Positions 10,201 to 19,281 of a stretch of DNA of 64,000 bases are shown one piece after another. The number at the start of each line of letters is the position of its first letter. The first letter of the stretch is position 1. The position numbers and the translations under genes are program-made. The notes beneath the pieces were generated by a model that did not search any database, was not told where the DNA came from, and saw only the letters and a list, made by a program, of their open reading frames with translations. The stretch covers positions 32,001 through 96,000 of the IMG/VR virus record IMGVR_UViG_3300031952_000005. One strand, written 5' to 3'. This DNA is from a virus.

Positions 10201-13200
10201 TTGTGTAACAACTGTACTACCATCTGATTGTAAATCATTACTTGCATATTTCCAAATTACATTATCAGAATTAAGTTCTAATTCATACTGACTTGCAAGT
10301 GCCAAGAACTTCTGCAATGATGCAGCAATACCAATCATGTCTTTGTATGCAGCACCTAATGCTTTAGATTCAATAACTGATGTAATTGTGTTGGGATCAG
10401 ACTTAGGTCCAAAGTTATCAAGATCTCTACCATATCCTGTTACAATACTTTCAAAATATTCTGTAGAAGAAGTCTCGTGTATATACAAGTTTTTAAATAC
10501 TGCTTCGTTAGATAGTATATCTATTTTTGCTTGTAAGTTTTTATTTTGATGTATTGGTAGTACTGACAAATGATTTACAATATTACTATCAAAGTTTGCT
10601 TGGTCTACTGGTAAACCATATTTTTCAAATACTTGCAGTGCTGCTTCTATACGTAATGAACCATTTGCAAAAGTTCTTAATCTACGTTTTTCATCACGTG
10701 TCTTTTTAAGATCTTGATATGTTTCATCAAGTTCAGTTTTTAAATCAAAATGTTCTTTACCAAATTTTCTACGATTTGCTTTTGCAAGATAATCATCAGG
10801 ATCATTTTCTGTATCTTCAATAGATTGAACAAATGCTTGTTTAACTACTTTTTTTTCAGATTTTATTTGTTTAATATCATCTTGTAAATCTTCTTCATAA
10901 CTTTCGAGTTCTTCATATATACCTGAAGTCATTGCTTTAATATAGTCTTCTTGAGTGTATCCCATTGCATACATAACTTCTAGAGCATTTGCACTTACAG
11001 AAAAATTATTTGTTTCAGTTAATGCTTTTCTTTTTGCACTGATCAACTTTCTAAAGTTTTCATCATCTGCCCTGTAATGTATGTACTCAATAAACTTACC
11101 TTGTGCAGGAGATTTATAAATGTTATAGTTACCATATTTTGCGTAGTCACCAACAGCATTTACATAATGAGCAAATGTTTGACCATAAAGTGAGTCAACG
11201 TCAAAGTCAGATCCAGCAAGTAAGTGTATAAATTGTGGTACAATAATACTATTTATGTGAGAACTATCTATATAATCTACCACTTTTAATACAATCATAG
11301 AACGTTTATCCTCAGTAGGAATACGTAATGCAAACATTTCACGAAGATTTTCCATAAAAAAATCTTCTTGTTGTTGACTTCTAAAAAATTGTTTTGGTAA
11401 TATACATTCTACAAAGTATTTTTTACTAACCAGTTCTCCTGCATCATCATATTCTGCTTCTATACGTACACCTAATGGTCTTACTTTTGTATTACGATAT
11501 TTTCCTGGATTATTTCTGTATTCTTCAGTTGTTATTACTTCACCATTTTCATCTTCTCTTACATCATAACCAAATGATGATACGTGAATGTTTTTAAATC
11601 CAGAACCTTTTTCATCTGTTATATGCTTACTATAAAGCGAAAAGAAATAATATTCTAGCATACTTCTTATTCCAGGTAAGTTAGGACTATGAACTGGTTT
11701 ACCAAAAGCATCAACATCAAATAGTTTTAATACTGAAGATGGTGCATTCTGTTGCTCAAGATTTTCTCTTATTAAATCAAATACTTTACCTAAATCAAAG
11801 TCTTCACCTTTACGTAAAAAGTGCTGTAACGACTGCAGATTAGAATCAGAAATATCATAAAGTGACTCTTGATATTTAAGAAGACTGTCACCTAATTCAT
11901 TCATTGCTTTTCTTTCAGTAGAAGACATAATTGTACCCGCCTCTGCATGACGTTTGTTTGCAAGTTCTTCTATGTAATTTAAATCTGCAGGTAATAATAT
12001 TTTACCTTGTACAGAGAATCGTGCAGTGTCATGTACACCAGAAGTTTCTACTTGAAGATACTTGTCTTCATTGTTTACTTTTAATGATGATATATTTAAT
12101 GGTAAGTAGTCATTATCAGCATGTGCAAAATAATCAACAGGAAGTTTTGTAGCATTTTTAGATGCTTCAGTATCCATGATTTGATCAATATTATGATACT
12201 CCATAGAATTTAAAATTTTATGCAATTTTATTCTATTTGGTTCATATTTTGCATGTATCTCAAGATATGTTTTTTGAATTTGTTGTTCTAATTCTTCAAT
12301 ATTACTGCTTACACTACCATCTTTGTTTATCTTATGATGTTCTTGTATTTGTTTACGTAAGGCGTATATAGTCATGTATTTGTCATGCAAATTATCATAT
12401 ACTTGATCACGAGTCATTCCTTCAGGTATAATTAATATACTTACATCATTTCTATCAATGTAACTTTCTGATTGTTTGTGATAAATATTACGAGAAGCAG
12501 TAACAGTCTTTTTAGGATTGTTTACTACTTTGTTTTTTTCCATTTTGAGTACTTCTTCTTCAGTAAGTTCACGATAATGTTTTGCAATTATAGAATGCAA
12601 TATCTCAGGAGTAAGTCTTCCTAATGATTCATGCATATCTGCTTGATGAAACAATGATGAAATACTCTGACCATCAAATACTTTTTGATTTAGTTTAAAG
12701 TTCTCATAGATTGTTTTACGTATTGTTTCATCTGGAATTTGAATATCATCTAGTACTTCTTGTGGAGAATAAAATGGACCATAATTAGGATGTTCTTCAT
12801 TAATATATCCAAACAATGTGTTAAGATAAGCAACTGTGTGTTTACCTTCTTTCATTGTACTACCAGATGCAAGAAACTTTTTATTACGTTTAGTAGAATC
12901 AATACCATCTTTAACGTTCATTGCTTTATCACCTGTATACAATTCATTTACCATTAGTGAATTATACCACTGATTGAAAAAGAAATCTGCTAGTAATCCA
13001 TTTAAATCAGCACGAGATTCTAATACACCTTGTACATTATAGTTTGGTTTTGTATTTGCATAAACAGAAGTAGTACTTACTGCAAGATTGTTATCAATTT
13101 TTAAAGTATCAGCAATAAGAGAAGATGTTAAGTATCTTAACGATGGTTGTTTTGTTTCAAACACTACAGGATACCCTTCTTCTTCAATAACTTTTCCTGT

Positions 13201-16200
13201 TGCAGGATCTTTCTTAATTGCTTTTACAGATTCTTCTTTTTCATTTACAACACCAAGTTTTTTTAAAGTGTTAATGTATGTGTTTAGTTCTTCTAACGCA
13301 AAATCATTTAATCCTTGACGTAAATCTGCAAGTGTACTTTCATCAATGTCTTCAAAGGATGCTTTGTCATCTTTAGCATACTCTAGTAATTTACTAGTAA
13401 GTAACTCATTTTTAGCATTTGCAAAAAAGTATGGTAAGTAATTAAAGTTATATGCTCTTAAATTTTCACTATCAACAGTTGCTCTTGTTTTATCATCCTT
13501 GCTTAGTACACCATTGTAGTTATTAATAAGTTTGTTAGAACTACCATCATCAAAGTTTTTTTTGTTAACCTCTCTTCTGTTCCATTCTTTTTTGATTCTG
13601 TTAAATTCTTGTTTTACTTTTCCTTCTAAATCATTTACAATTTTTAAATTCTTACCATCTTTTACAAGACCATTTTTATCAGCGTATGTTTGATAAAGAG
13701 ATGTAATTAAAAAGTTTGTTTGAGATGCCTCAAGAGTATCAAATGTACGAAGGAATGTCTGGATACTTGTTTTAGGAGTAGTTATGTTACCATCTTCATC
13801 AACAACAGTTTCATATGAAGAAACAGTTGTTCTTTGTAAAAATGATAGTATACTCATTACATGGAATGATTGTTTATCAAGTTTACCAAAAGTTTTACCT
13901 TCCTTGTATGTCTGGTTATTCATCTGAGCAACTCCACCAAACAATGATATGTTAGTATTGTCTAATAGTAACTTAGCAATTGTTGCTTGTTTACTAGTTT
14001 TGTCTTTTAACAAGTCGCCAAATAATGGATTGTCATTATAAAAGTCTTCTAAGAAATCATCATAGTATGGATCAGTTCTTAATGTATCTTTTAATCCTTC
14101 TCTTCTTAATGATTGACCTGTTAAAATTAATGGTGTATATTTCGTATAACGATACACAGGTTTACCAGCAGCATTACGAAATACACTTGGTAAATCAGTT
14201 GCATCATATTTTAATATGTATTTAGCAAATCTAGTAGAGATGTTAAAGAATGCACCTAAGTTTTTATTATTTTCATCAAGTGTTTTTCCAAATGCGTTTG
14301 AACTAATAGACTCATTTATTACTGGATCATATATTGATTTTATACTTCTAAAAAATTGTTTTTCAAGATACGCTTTATCAGCAATCATTGCAGAATTTGT
14401 AGCGTAATGATCTAGTGTCTTCTTGTCTATGTTTTCAAGAGCACCGTTAAGATTGTCAATTTTATCTATTGCAAGAATAGACATTCTGATTAATGATTTT
14501 GGTAATGTAATGCCTACATCTTTAAATGCATTATACAATTCAAATGTCATAGTTTCCAATACTGTATTTGCATTTAATAAACTACCTATAAGTATTTTTT
14601 TATTAATAATGTTTTCAGATAAAGTAACAAGTCTTTTTACTGCAGTTACATATTCAGGATCAGTTCTTTTTTTAGCGTGTGTTGTTATCATAGATGATAC
14701 CATGTCACGTCTTTTCTTTAATGCATCTGCTTGAAGAACTCTATCTGTTAATGTAAAACTTTCAATATTATTACCTGCTTCTTCAATTTCTGCAGTTTTT
14801 AAACGAGCATTTAACATTACATATTCTATTTCAGTACCATGAAGTACATCTATAAACATATTATATAATTCTTTGTTTGTTGATGGATTACCATTGGTAT
14901 CCATTCCTGTGTACTCTTTTAACTGATTGTAAATTGCTTGTAAATCAGCAGCTGCATCAAAATTACCATCTTCTTTATAGATTTTAGCAGTAACTTGCAT
15001 ATTGTTTATAATCTCATCTACTTTGACATCAGCTGATATTTTTAGTAATGAACCAAAAATACTTTCTCCATCAATTACTCTTGGAAATAGTATACCAGAT
15101 TCTGTATCTTCTTTCTCATAACTTATAATACCAAGAAATCTTCTTAATTGTCTTGGAGCTGAGTCAAGTCTGTTGTGCTCACCAAATCCTTCATCAATAT
15201 TTATATCATCAGAAATTTCTTCACCATCTTCAAAGTCTTCATCAACTTGTGACTTTTTTTCATTTTCACCTGCTAATTCTTTTAACAGTGTATTTTTATC
15301 AATTGCTGTACCAGTACCATCCAGTAATGAATATAACTCTTGAGTTTTTTTCTTAACTAGTTTTTTTAATACTTCAACAGATACTTGTCCAAGATTATTA
15401 TCTAAAGGATCTGCTTCATATTGTTTTACTTTATTTGGTAATACTTTACCCTTGTATGCAGCATTGCCTGAGTTATTTATATCATTAACAGTTTCATTAT
15501 TTAACCTTGCTCCTAACATAAATCTATATTGAGAAACAAGATTGCTATATTGTTCAAGAACTTGTTTTTCTTTACCAGGATTCTTTTTAATCAATTCATC
15601 AAGATTATATACTTTTTCAAGTAACAATGTTTGCGCTGTTTTAAATTTTGCATCAAAAGTTTGTCCAGATGTATTTTCAATAACATATTTTGTCATCATA
15701 TATACCAACTGATTTTGTTCAGCTTTTAATAATGTTGTAGGTGATTGACTAACGCCAGATGATGAATACTTGTCGTTAATAATTTTTTTCAATCCAGGTA
15801 TTAACTCATATGCTGCTTGTCCATCATATAATTCAGATTGTATTTGTTCTGATTTATAGTATCCTCTTTTGATATTCTTGTATGTACTGTCAACTAGATT
15901 ACTTCTTTGAGTAAACATGTCAATCAGTTTTTTTAGTAACTCAAATAATTTTGCTACAAGACCTTGTGGTTTTGTATTTTTATTCATGTAGTTTTGAAAA
16001 CCATCTGCAAGAATTTCTTCTGCTTGTAACTGAAACATTTTATCATACTCATACACATAGTTTTTTTCACTTGCAAATTTCTTTAATGCTGCAGGTGTAA
16101 ATGCACTCTTGTGTTTTTTATTAGATGATACTGCATCAATTAATCTTGAACGTTGTTCTGGTGTCATCAAGTATCTAAACACACCATGAAATGCCTCGTG

Positions 16201-19200
16201 AAATACTACACCTTTTGACAAGATAGAGTTATTCAAATAGATAACTTTGTCTTTAAACATTCCTAGTACGTTACCATCAATACTTGACAAATCAATTATA
16301 CTTGCAATTTCTTCTTGACTGATACCAAACTGAGGAAGATTTTCTTGTAACCATTGTACAGCATTCTGTCTTTCTGCTTCTGTTTCTGTTTGTACTTCTG
16401 TATTAGAAATAGAAAACATTTCATTTTCAGGAATATCATCTATAGTAACATTATTACTGTCTGTTACAATAATAGGTTGAGCTTGTACAACAACAACGTT
16501 TTCTACAGGGTGCTGTGTAACTTCTAATGGACTTTTATTAGATAAAGGTATTCCAGCAGCAGTTGGAGATTTTGAAGTGATTACAAGACGATTTCTTGGT
16601 ACATCTGATATATTAAAACTATTTACATTTCTTTCATAATCTTTTTTTGCTTGTGTGTCATTTAAATCTGAAAATACAACACGAGAAACTTGTTTACCTT
16701 CATCATCAATATCTACTACTAAATGTTTTGGTTCTGGATAGTCATTCATAAAGTTTTCAATAAATCCAGGATATTTTTTACCATTTTCTAGTAACTGTCC
16801 AATAACTTTATTAATTATTAATTTTGAAAACCCTTCTTGTTGTTCTTTTATTGCATCAATTAATTTTACTACATTAGGAGAAGAATTTGTATTACTATAC
16901 ATTTCATTTACCATGGAGTAAAACTTTGCAAGATCTTTTTGTTTGTTTAAATCTAATTTAGAAAATGCAATATTTTCTGCAACAACATCTGCTACTAATG
17001 AAGCATTGCCTCTTAGTGTACTTGCAAATGCTATTATTTTTCCTTCTTCACCATTAACAATTTTACCATCTACTACTCTTGGACCAAACGTAAAGTTAAA
17101 ATCTGATTTGTTATCTTCTATAAAACCATACTTACTATCTTTTGATTTATTAGATGGTCGTACTTCAATTTGCAAATGTCCATTTTGATCACTTGCAAAA
17201 TTTATAAATAATTCTACTTTTTTATTTGCTGATGCAAACGCTTTAAATTTGTAAACTTTTCTATCAAATGATTGTAATTGTAATTTTCTATCAGCAGCAT
17301 TTAATACATCAGATAACGTAGTTATAAATGTAGCAAACCCTTCTACTTGTGATAATACATTTACAGGAGATACTGCTCGCCATCCATATGTACCATTATT
17401 ATTAAACCTTATAATAATATGTCTCTGCGTATTATAACTACTACCTTTAAATATTTGATCTTTAATGTATGAATCATCAAGTTTTATTCTAGAATCAAAA
17501 TGTGAATTTACGTATTCTTCCTGTGTAACAATATCTTGTACATTACCTTGATTATCTTTTACAACAATTCTTTCATTAGAATTTAGTGTATTTAATAATC
17601 TAAATTTACTTTGTTTTGCTTTTTCAGGATAGTTTCCATCCTTATTTTTTTTGTCAGAAAACTTAGTAAATGCAAATACTACATTACGCTCTTCTTCTTT
17701 TATAGTTTTACCAACCTGGTCAATAGTGGCAATAGTTAATTTACGTGATAAATTTGTTTCTTCTTCTATTACTTCAGAAAGATTTTTAATTTTTGTGTCA
17801 CCTGTTTTTTGAGAACCAATGTTGTACTGAGAAAAGAATTGTTCTGTTACATCAACAGAATTTACATCATCAGTAAACTGAGGTTCTACAATTGCTGATA
17901 GTTGCTCTTTAAAGTCATTGTATAACTCATAAGCGTTTTTCATTGTGTTAATATCGTTCTCATCTAAACTATCTGTAGTATTATCATTTAATCTTTTGAT
18001 AGACAGTTCTTTAACTTTTTCAAGATGTACAGGATTTGAAAAATCTATTTTTTGTGAAGTGTTATCACTATTTAAAAATACATAGTTATCTAATGGATAC
18101 AAGTAAAATTTTTCACCAGTACCAATTATCTCACCAACTAATGCAAATTTACTTTCAGATTGTTGTGGTCTAGCAACTGTAATAACAGTTCCTTTTGAAG
18201 TTGATTTTAAATATTTTATTTGAGTTTCATTTTCAAATGTTTCATGTGTTCTGTTTGCAAGTCCTTTATATTTTGGATTAGTTGCAGCAAGTCCTTGTAT
18301 TCTACTGATACGATCATCACCAACAGTACTTAATGAAACAGCATGTATTCTTACACCTGCTGATGGAAAACCTGTTTTAGCAAGATTCTTTAATGCATCT
18401 TCAACTTTTTGTTGTAAACCAATTTCACTTCTTATAGGTTTAATAGTAAAGTTAGATGATATTCTATCCTGATAAAATTCTTGTTGTCCTTTGTTACTAT
18501 TAGATGTATCATCATTACGTGCAGGTCTTTCTGTTAAAATATCTTCAGCATCAAGTTTAAATTCATCACCATTTTCAGTTGTTATAAATAATCCTTCAGG
18601 TTTACTTGTTGCTTCAACCATGTTATTATCCTTAAATGTAACAAGAACAGTTTTTAATTCAGCAAGATCTGATATATCTCGTATTGCAATAAAATCAGAT
18701 TGTTTATTTAAAGATTCTATAACAGAGGTCATTCGACTTAATAAAAAACTTTTGTTATCAAAATTATTTATAACATCTCTTAGTTCAGATGTAATATAAA
18801 TTAATATAGTATTTTTTGTTTCAAGATCTTCAAAATCATTTGTGTTAAAATAGTTATTAATCATTGTGAGTACTTCTGTAAGATCATCACCAGTTATAAC
18901 TTTTTTATTTTCAAGATTTAGTATTGCTCTTTGAATTGCTTCAACTTTTCCAATAGGTGTTTTCTTAACAGTATATAATGGAGATATTGAAGAAAGAAAA
19001 TTATCAGCATCAGATAATAATATTTTTGCATCAATGATTTTTTCTGCATTTCCTACTTCATAAAATGATTGATCTAATCCATTTAAACCAACATATATTT
19101 CTGCAATAGAAAATAAAGAAAGTGATTTTTCATAATTAGAAAGACCACTTTTTAAAATAAACTTTGCAGTATTGTCAAAGTTCTTATATGTTTCAGGATT

Positions 19201-19263
19201 TAGTTTGATTAAATTTCTTACAACTGATACAAATTTGTCAGTTGATAATTCACATTGTTTCAT
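7219..19263 (-). CDS. Virion-packaged single-chain two-barrel DNA-dependent RNA polymerase with fused zincin metalloprotease domain, 4014 aa
   Basis: Catalytic DxDxD motif GSDFDVDSL (11194-11208) preceded by LRIPTEDKRSM (RxP), plus an upstream VFDGQS motif; zincin HEAFH (16186-16200) with downstream EEILAD. Architecture matches crAss-like / phi14:2 gp66-type virion RNAPs. Confidence 0.9.
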   Translation of the reverse strand: MKQCELSTDKFVSVVRNLIKLNPETYKNFDNTAKFILKSGLSNYEKSLSLFSIAEIYVGLNGLDQSFYEVGNAEKIIDAKILLSDADNFLSSISPLYTVKKTPIGKVEAIQRAILNLENKKVITGDDLTEVLTMINNYFNTNDFEDLETKNTILIYITSELRDVINNFDNKSFLLSRMTSVIESLNKQSDFIAIRDISDLAELKTVLVTFKDNNMVEATSKPEGLFITTENGDEFKLDAEDILTERPARNDDTSNSNKGQQEFYQDRISSNFTIKPIRSEIGLQQKVEDALKNLAKTGFPSAGVRIHAVSLSTVGDDRISRIQGLAATNPKYKGLANRTHETFENETQIKYLKSTSKGTVITVARPQQSESKFALVGEIIGTGEKFYLYPLDNYVFLNSDNTSQKIDFSNPVHLEKVKELSIKRLNDNTTDSLDENDINTMKNAYELYNDFKEQLSAIVEPQFTDDVNSVDVTEQFFSQYNIGSQKTGDTKIKNLSEVIEEETNLSRKLTIATIDQVGKTIKEEERNVVFAFTKFSDKKNKDGNYPEKAKQSKFRLLNTLNSNERIVVKDNQGNVQDIVTQEEYVNSHFDSRIKLDDSYIKDQIFKGSSYNTQRHIIIRFNNNGTYGWRAVSPVNVLSQVEGFATFITTLSDVLNAADRKLQLQSFDRKVYKFKAFASANKKVELFINFASDQNGHLQIEVRPSNKSKDSKYGFIEDNKSDFNFTFGPRVVDGKIVNGEEGKIIAFASTLRGNASLVADVVAENIAFSKLDLNKQKDLAKFYSMVNEMYSNTNSSPNVVKLIDAIKEQQEGFSKLIINKVIGQLLENGKKYPGFIENFMNDYPEPKHLVVDIDDEGKQVSRVVFSDLNDTQAKKDYERNVNSFNISDVPRNRLVITSKSPTAAGIPLSNKSPLEVTQHPVENVVVVQAQPIIVTDSNNVTIDDIPENEMFSISNTEVQTETEAERQNAVQWLQENLPQFGISQEEIASIIDLSSIDGNVLGMFKDKVIYLNNSILSKGVVFHEAFHGVFRYLMTPEQRSRLIDAVSSNKKHKSAFTPAALKKFASEKNYVYEYDKMFQLQAEEILADGFQNYMNKNTKPQGLVAKLFELLKKLIDMFTQRSNLVDSTYKNIKRGYYKSEQIQSELYDGQAAYELIPGLKKIINDKYSSSGVSQSPTTLLKAEQNQLVYMMTKYVIENTSGQTFDAKFKTAQTLLLEKVYNLDELIKKNPGKEKQVLEQYSNLVSQYRFMLGARLNNETVNDINNSGNAAYKGKVLPNKVKQYEADPLDNNLGQVSVEVLKKLVKKKTQELYSLLDGTGTAIDKNTLLKELAGENEKKSQVDEDFEDGEEISDDINIDEGFGEHNRLDSAPRQLRRFLGIISYEKEDTESGILFPRVIDGESIFGSLLKISADVKVDEIINNMQVTAKIYKEDGNFDAAADLQAIYNQLKEYTGMDTNGNPSTNKELYNMFIDVLHGTEIEYVMLNARLKTAEIEEAGNNIESFTLTDRVLQADALKKRRDMVSSMITTHAKKRTDPEYVTAVKRLVTLSENIINKKILIGSLLNANTVLETMTFELYNAFKDVGITLPKSLIRMSILAIDKIDNLNGALENIDKKTLDHYATNSAMIADKAYLEKQFFRSIKSIYDPVINESISSNAFGKTLDENNKNLGAFFNISTRFAKYILKYDATDLPSVFRNAAGKPVYRYTKYTPLILTGQSLRREGLKDTLRTDPYYDDFLEDFYNDNPLFGDLLKDKTSKQATIAKLLLDNTNISLFGGVAQMNNQTYKEGKTFGKLDKQSFHVMSILSFLQRTTVSSYETVVDEDGNITTPKTSIQTFLRTFDTLEASQTNFLITSLYQTYADKNGLVKDGKNLKIVNDLEGKVKQEFNRIKKEWNRREVNKKNFDDGSSNKLINNYNGVLSKDDKTRATVDSENLRAYNFNYLPYFFANAKNELLTSKLLEYAKDDKASFEDIDESTLADLRQGLNDFALEELNTYINTLKKLGVVNEKEESVKAIKKDPATGKVIEEEGYPVVFETKQPSLRYLTSSLIADTLKIDNNLAVSTTSVYANTKPNYNVQGVLESRADLNGLLADFFFNQWYNSLMVNELYTGDKAMNVKDGIDSTKRNKKFLASGSTMKEGKHTVAYLNTLFGYINEEHPNYGPFYSPQEVLDDIQIPDETIRKTIYENFKLNQKVFDGQSISSLFHQADMHESLGRLTPEILHSIIAKHYRELTEEEVLKMEKNKVVNNPKKTVTASRNIYHKQSESYIDRNDVSILIIPEGMTRDQVYDNLHDKYMTIYALRKQIQEHHKINKDGSVSSNIEELEQQIQKTYLEIHAKYEPNRIKLHKILNSMEYHNIDQIMDTEASKNATKLPVDYFAHADNDYLPLNISSLKVNNEDKYLQVETSGVHDTARFSVQGKILLPADLNYIEELANKRHAEAGTIMSSTERKAMNELGDSLLKYQESLYDISDSNLQSLQHFLRKGEDFDLGKVFDLIRENLEQQNAPSSVLKLFDVDAFGKPVHSPNLPGIRSMLEYYFFSLYSKHITDEKGSGFKNIHVSSFGYDVREDENGEVITTEEYRNNPGKYRNTKVRPLGVRIEAEYDDAGELVSKKYFVECILPKQFFRSQQQEDFFMENLREMFALRIPTEDKRSMIVLKVVDYIDSSHINSIIVPQFIHLLAGSDFDVDSLYGQTFAHYVNAVGDYAKYGNYNIYKSPAQGKFIEYIHYRADDENFRKLISAKRKALTETNNFSVSANALEVMYAMGYTQEDYIKAMTSGIYEELESYEEDLQDDIKQIKSEKKVVKQAFVQSIEDTENDPDDYLAKANRRKFGKEHFDLKTELDETYQDLKKTRDEKRRLRTFANGSLRIEAALQVFEKYGLPVDQANFDSNIVNHLSVLPIHQNKNLQAKIDILSNEAVFKNLYIHETSSTEYFESIVTGYGRDLDNFGPKSDPNTITSVIESKALGAAYKDMIGIAASLQKFLALASQYELELNSDNVIWKYASNDLQSDGSTVVTQNNLFKFGVINKNGQRVIMLNGVVLGIAADGMKKPIPAALGMNEINTGVTLAMIGIGLDPAFAFGFNFIPEINNAINKVQASRFAVSDSISTEFKFLTNELKTEMEDFIKNNGNAALLNELKDAGLITQDSFPGNVKINKENLMIDFQQNALNESRLESNTLTVEDIGFTVSSHIKGVTTLLSNEAQKVILLQLYKEQTQQTWGIRNAGSLVNLYKKINPTFISFDKLQRSINELRNGESMFTKESSDKLFDGKQAWVPLADAMNDLDEQAGKIFLERTLFFQPIKNAFETVYTDSSNIARLITSFIAIRKYQISVPGSRKSTNPSMQASFDEDDKNLINTFKADQWFTNSIEKELDAMKTEYPENRFLQFLKVSNSKSTVLTTDGENIQEKTLEMVSKAKIAGELADNIADDAYFLLQQENLFMKKLFYHELARTGLQYKSGSFLQYLPADLQIPLSKNIEEFIKILDNAQGNKKELVDAIQDYISTPDNPATQEDVYKLFDDLFVLMAYGASKEVGNKKIKSTSNKKSNTISFNQSEGFSSKLMKNINFKTTDVNERTAIANEIVGKVLGLTLSPTQKSFLLTDTIFGADQKLEEIIINMKGANEMEETTSGAIAAIGEKLNIFKDKDEKNKYKFPIMLRMGKTTFLLQGVDSQIYNQSFGKSVINSISGTGEFKTVGNAAKYVALPMELAVNTISPIGFSVAESKRYTSLVNKKARLDVSEVDVAEEMTQGLTADMFEDYSVKPKTPVILTLESIFKEYTIDQLKQGVSLRSLQDKIEQKDFDTIKQAYNFLKAEEKYNTVKSNNEKINKELESLRQQLTGATETTVGSILTVYNDDNSSEYKIKVLEIERYTDYAIVKGRAAKNKEYTIKIDKDGYTKTGSVDNFVFKAVNAAEKQNIITKINNLKTSLETLKSDPTDYYVDYFETTTPSKLDLDIQNINVTFDMVKYFYDQSATGKSFDTYSTEFAAYAANLKTTGMTNQEIIEKLKCL

Positions 19264-19281
19264 AAGAATAATTTTTTTTAA

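Noticed and set aside
7219-19263. Inteins or self-splicing introns in the RNAP, MCP, portal or terminase fragment
   Set aside because: No frame interruptions and no intein C...HN or LAGLIDADG signatures recognised.
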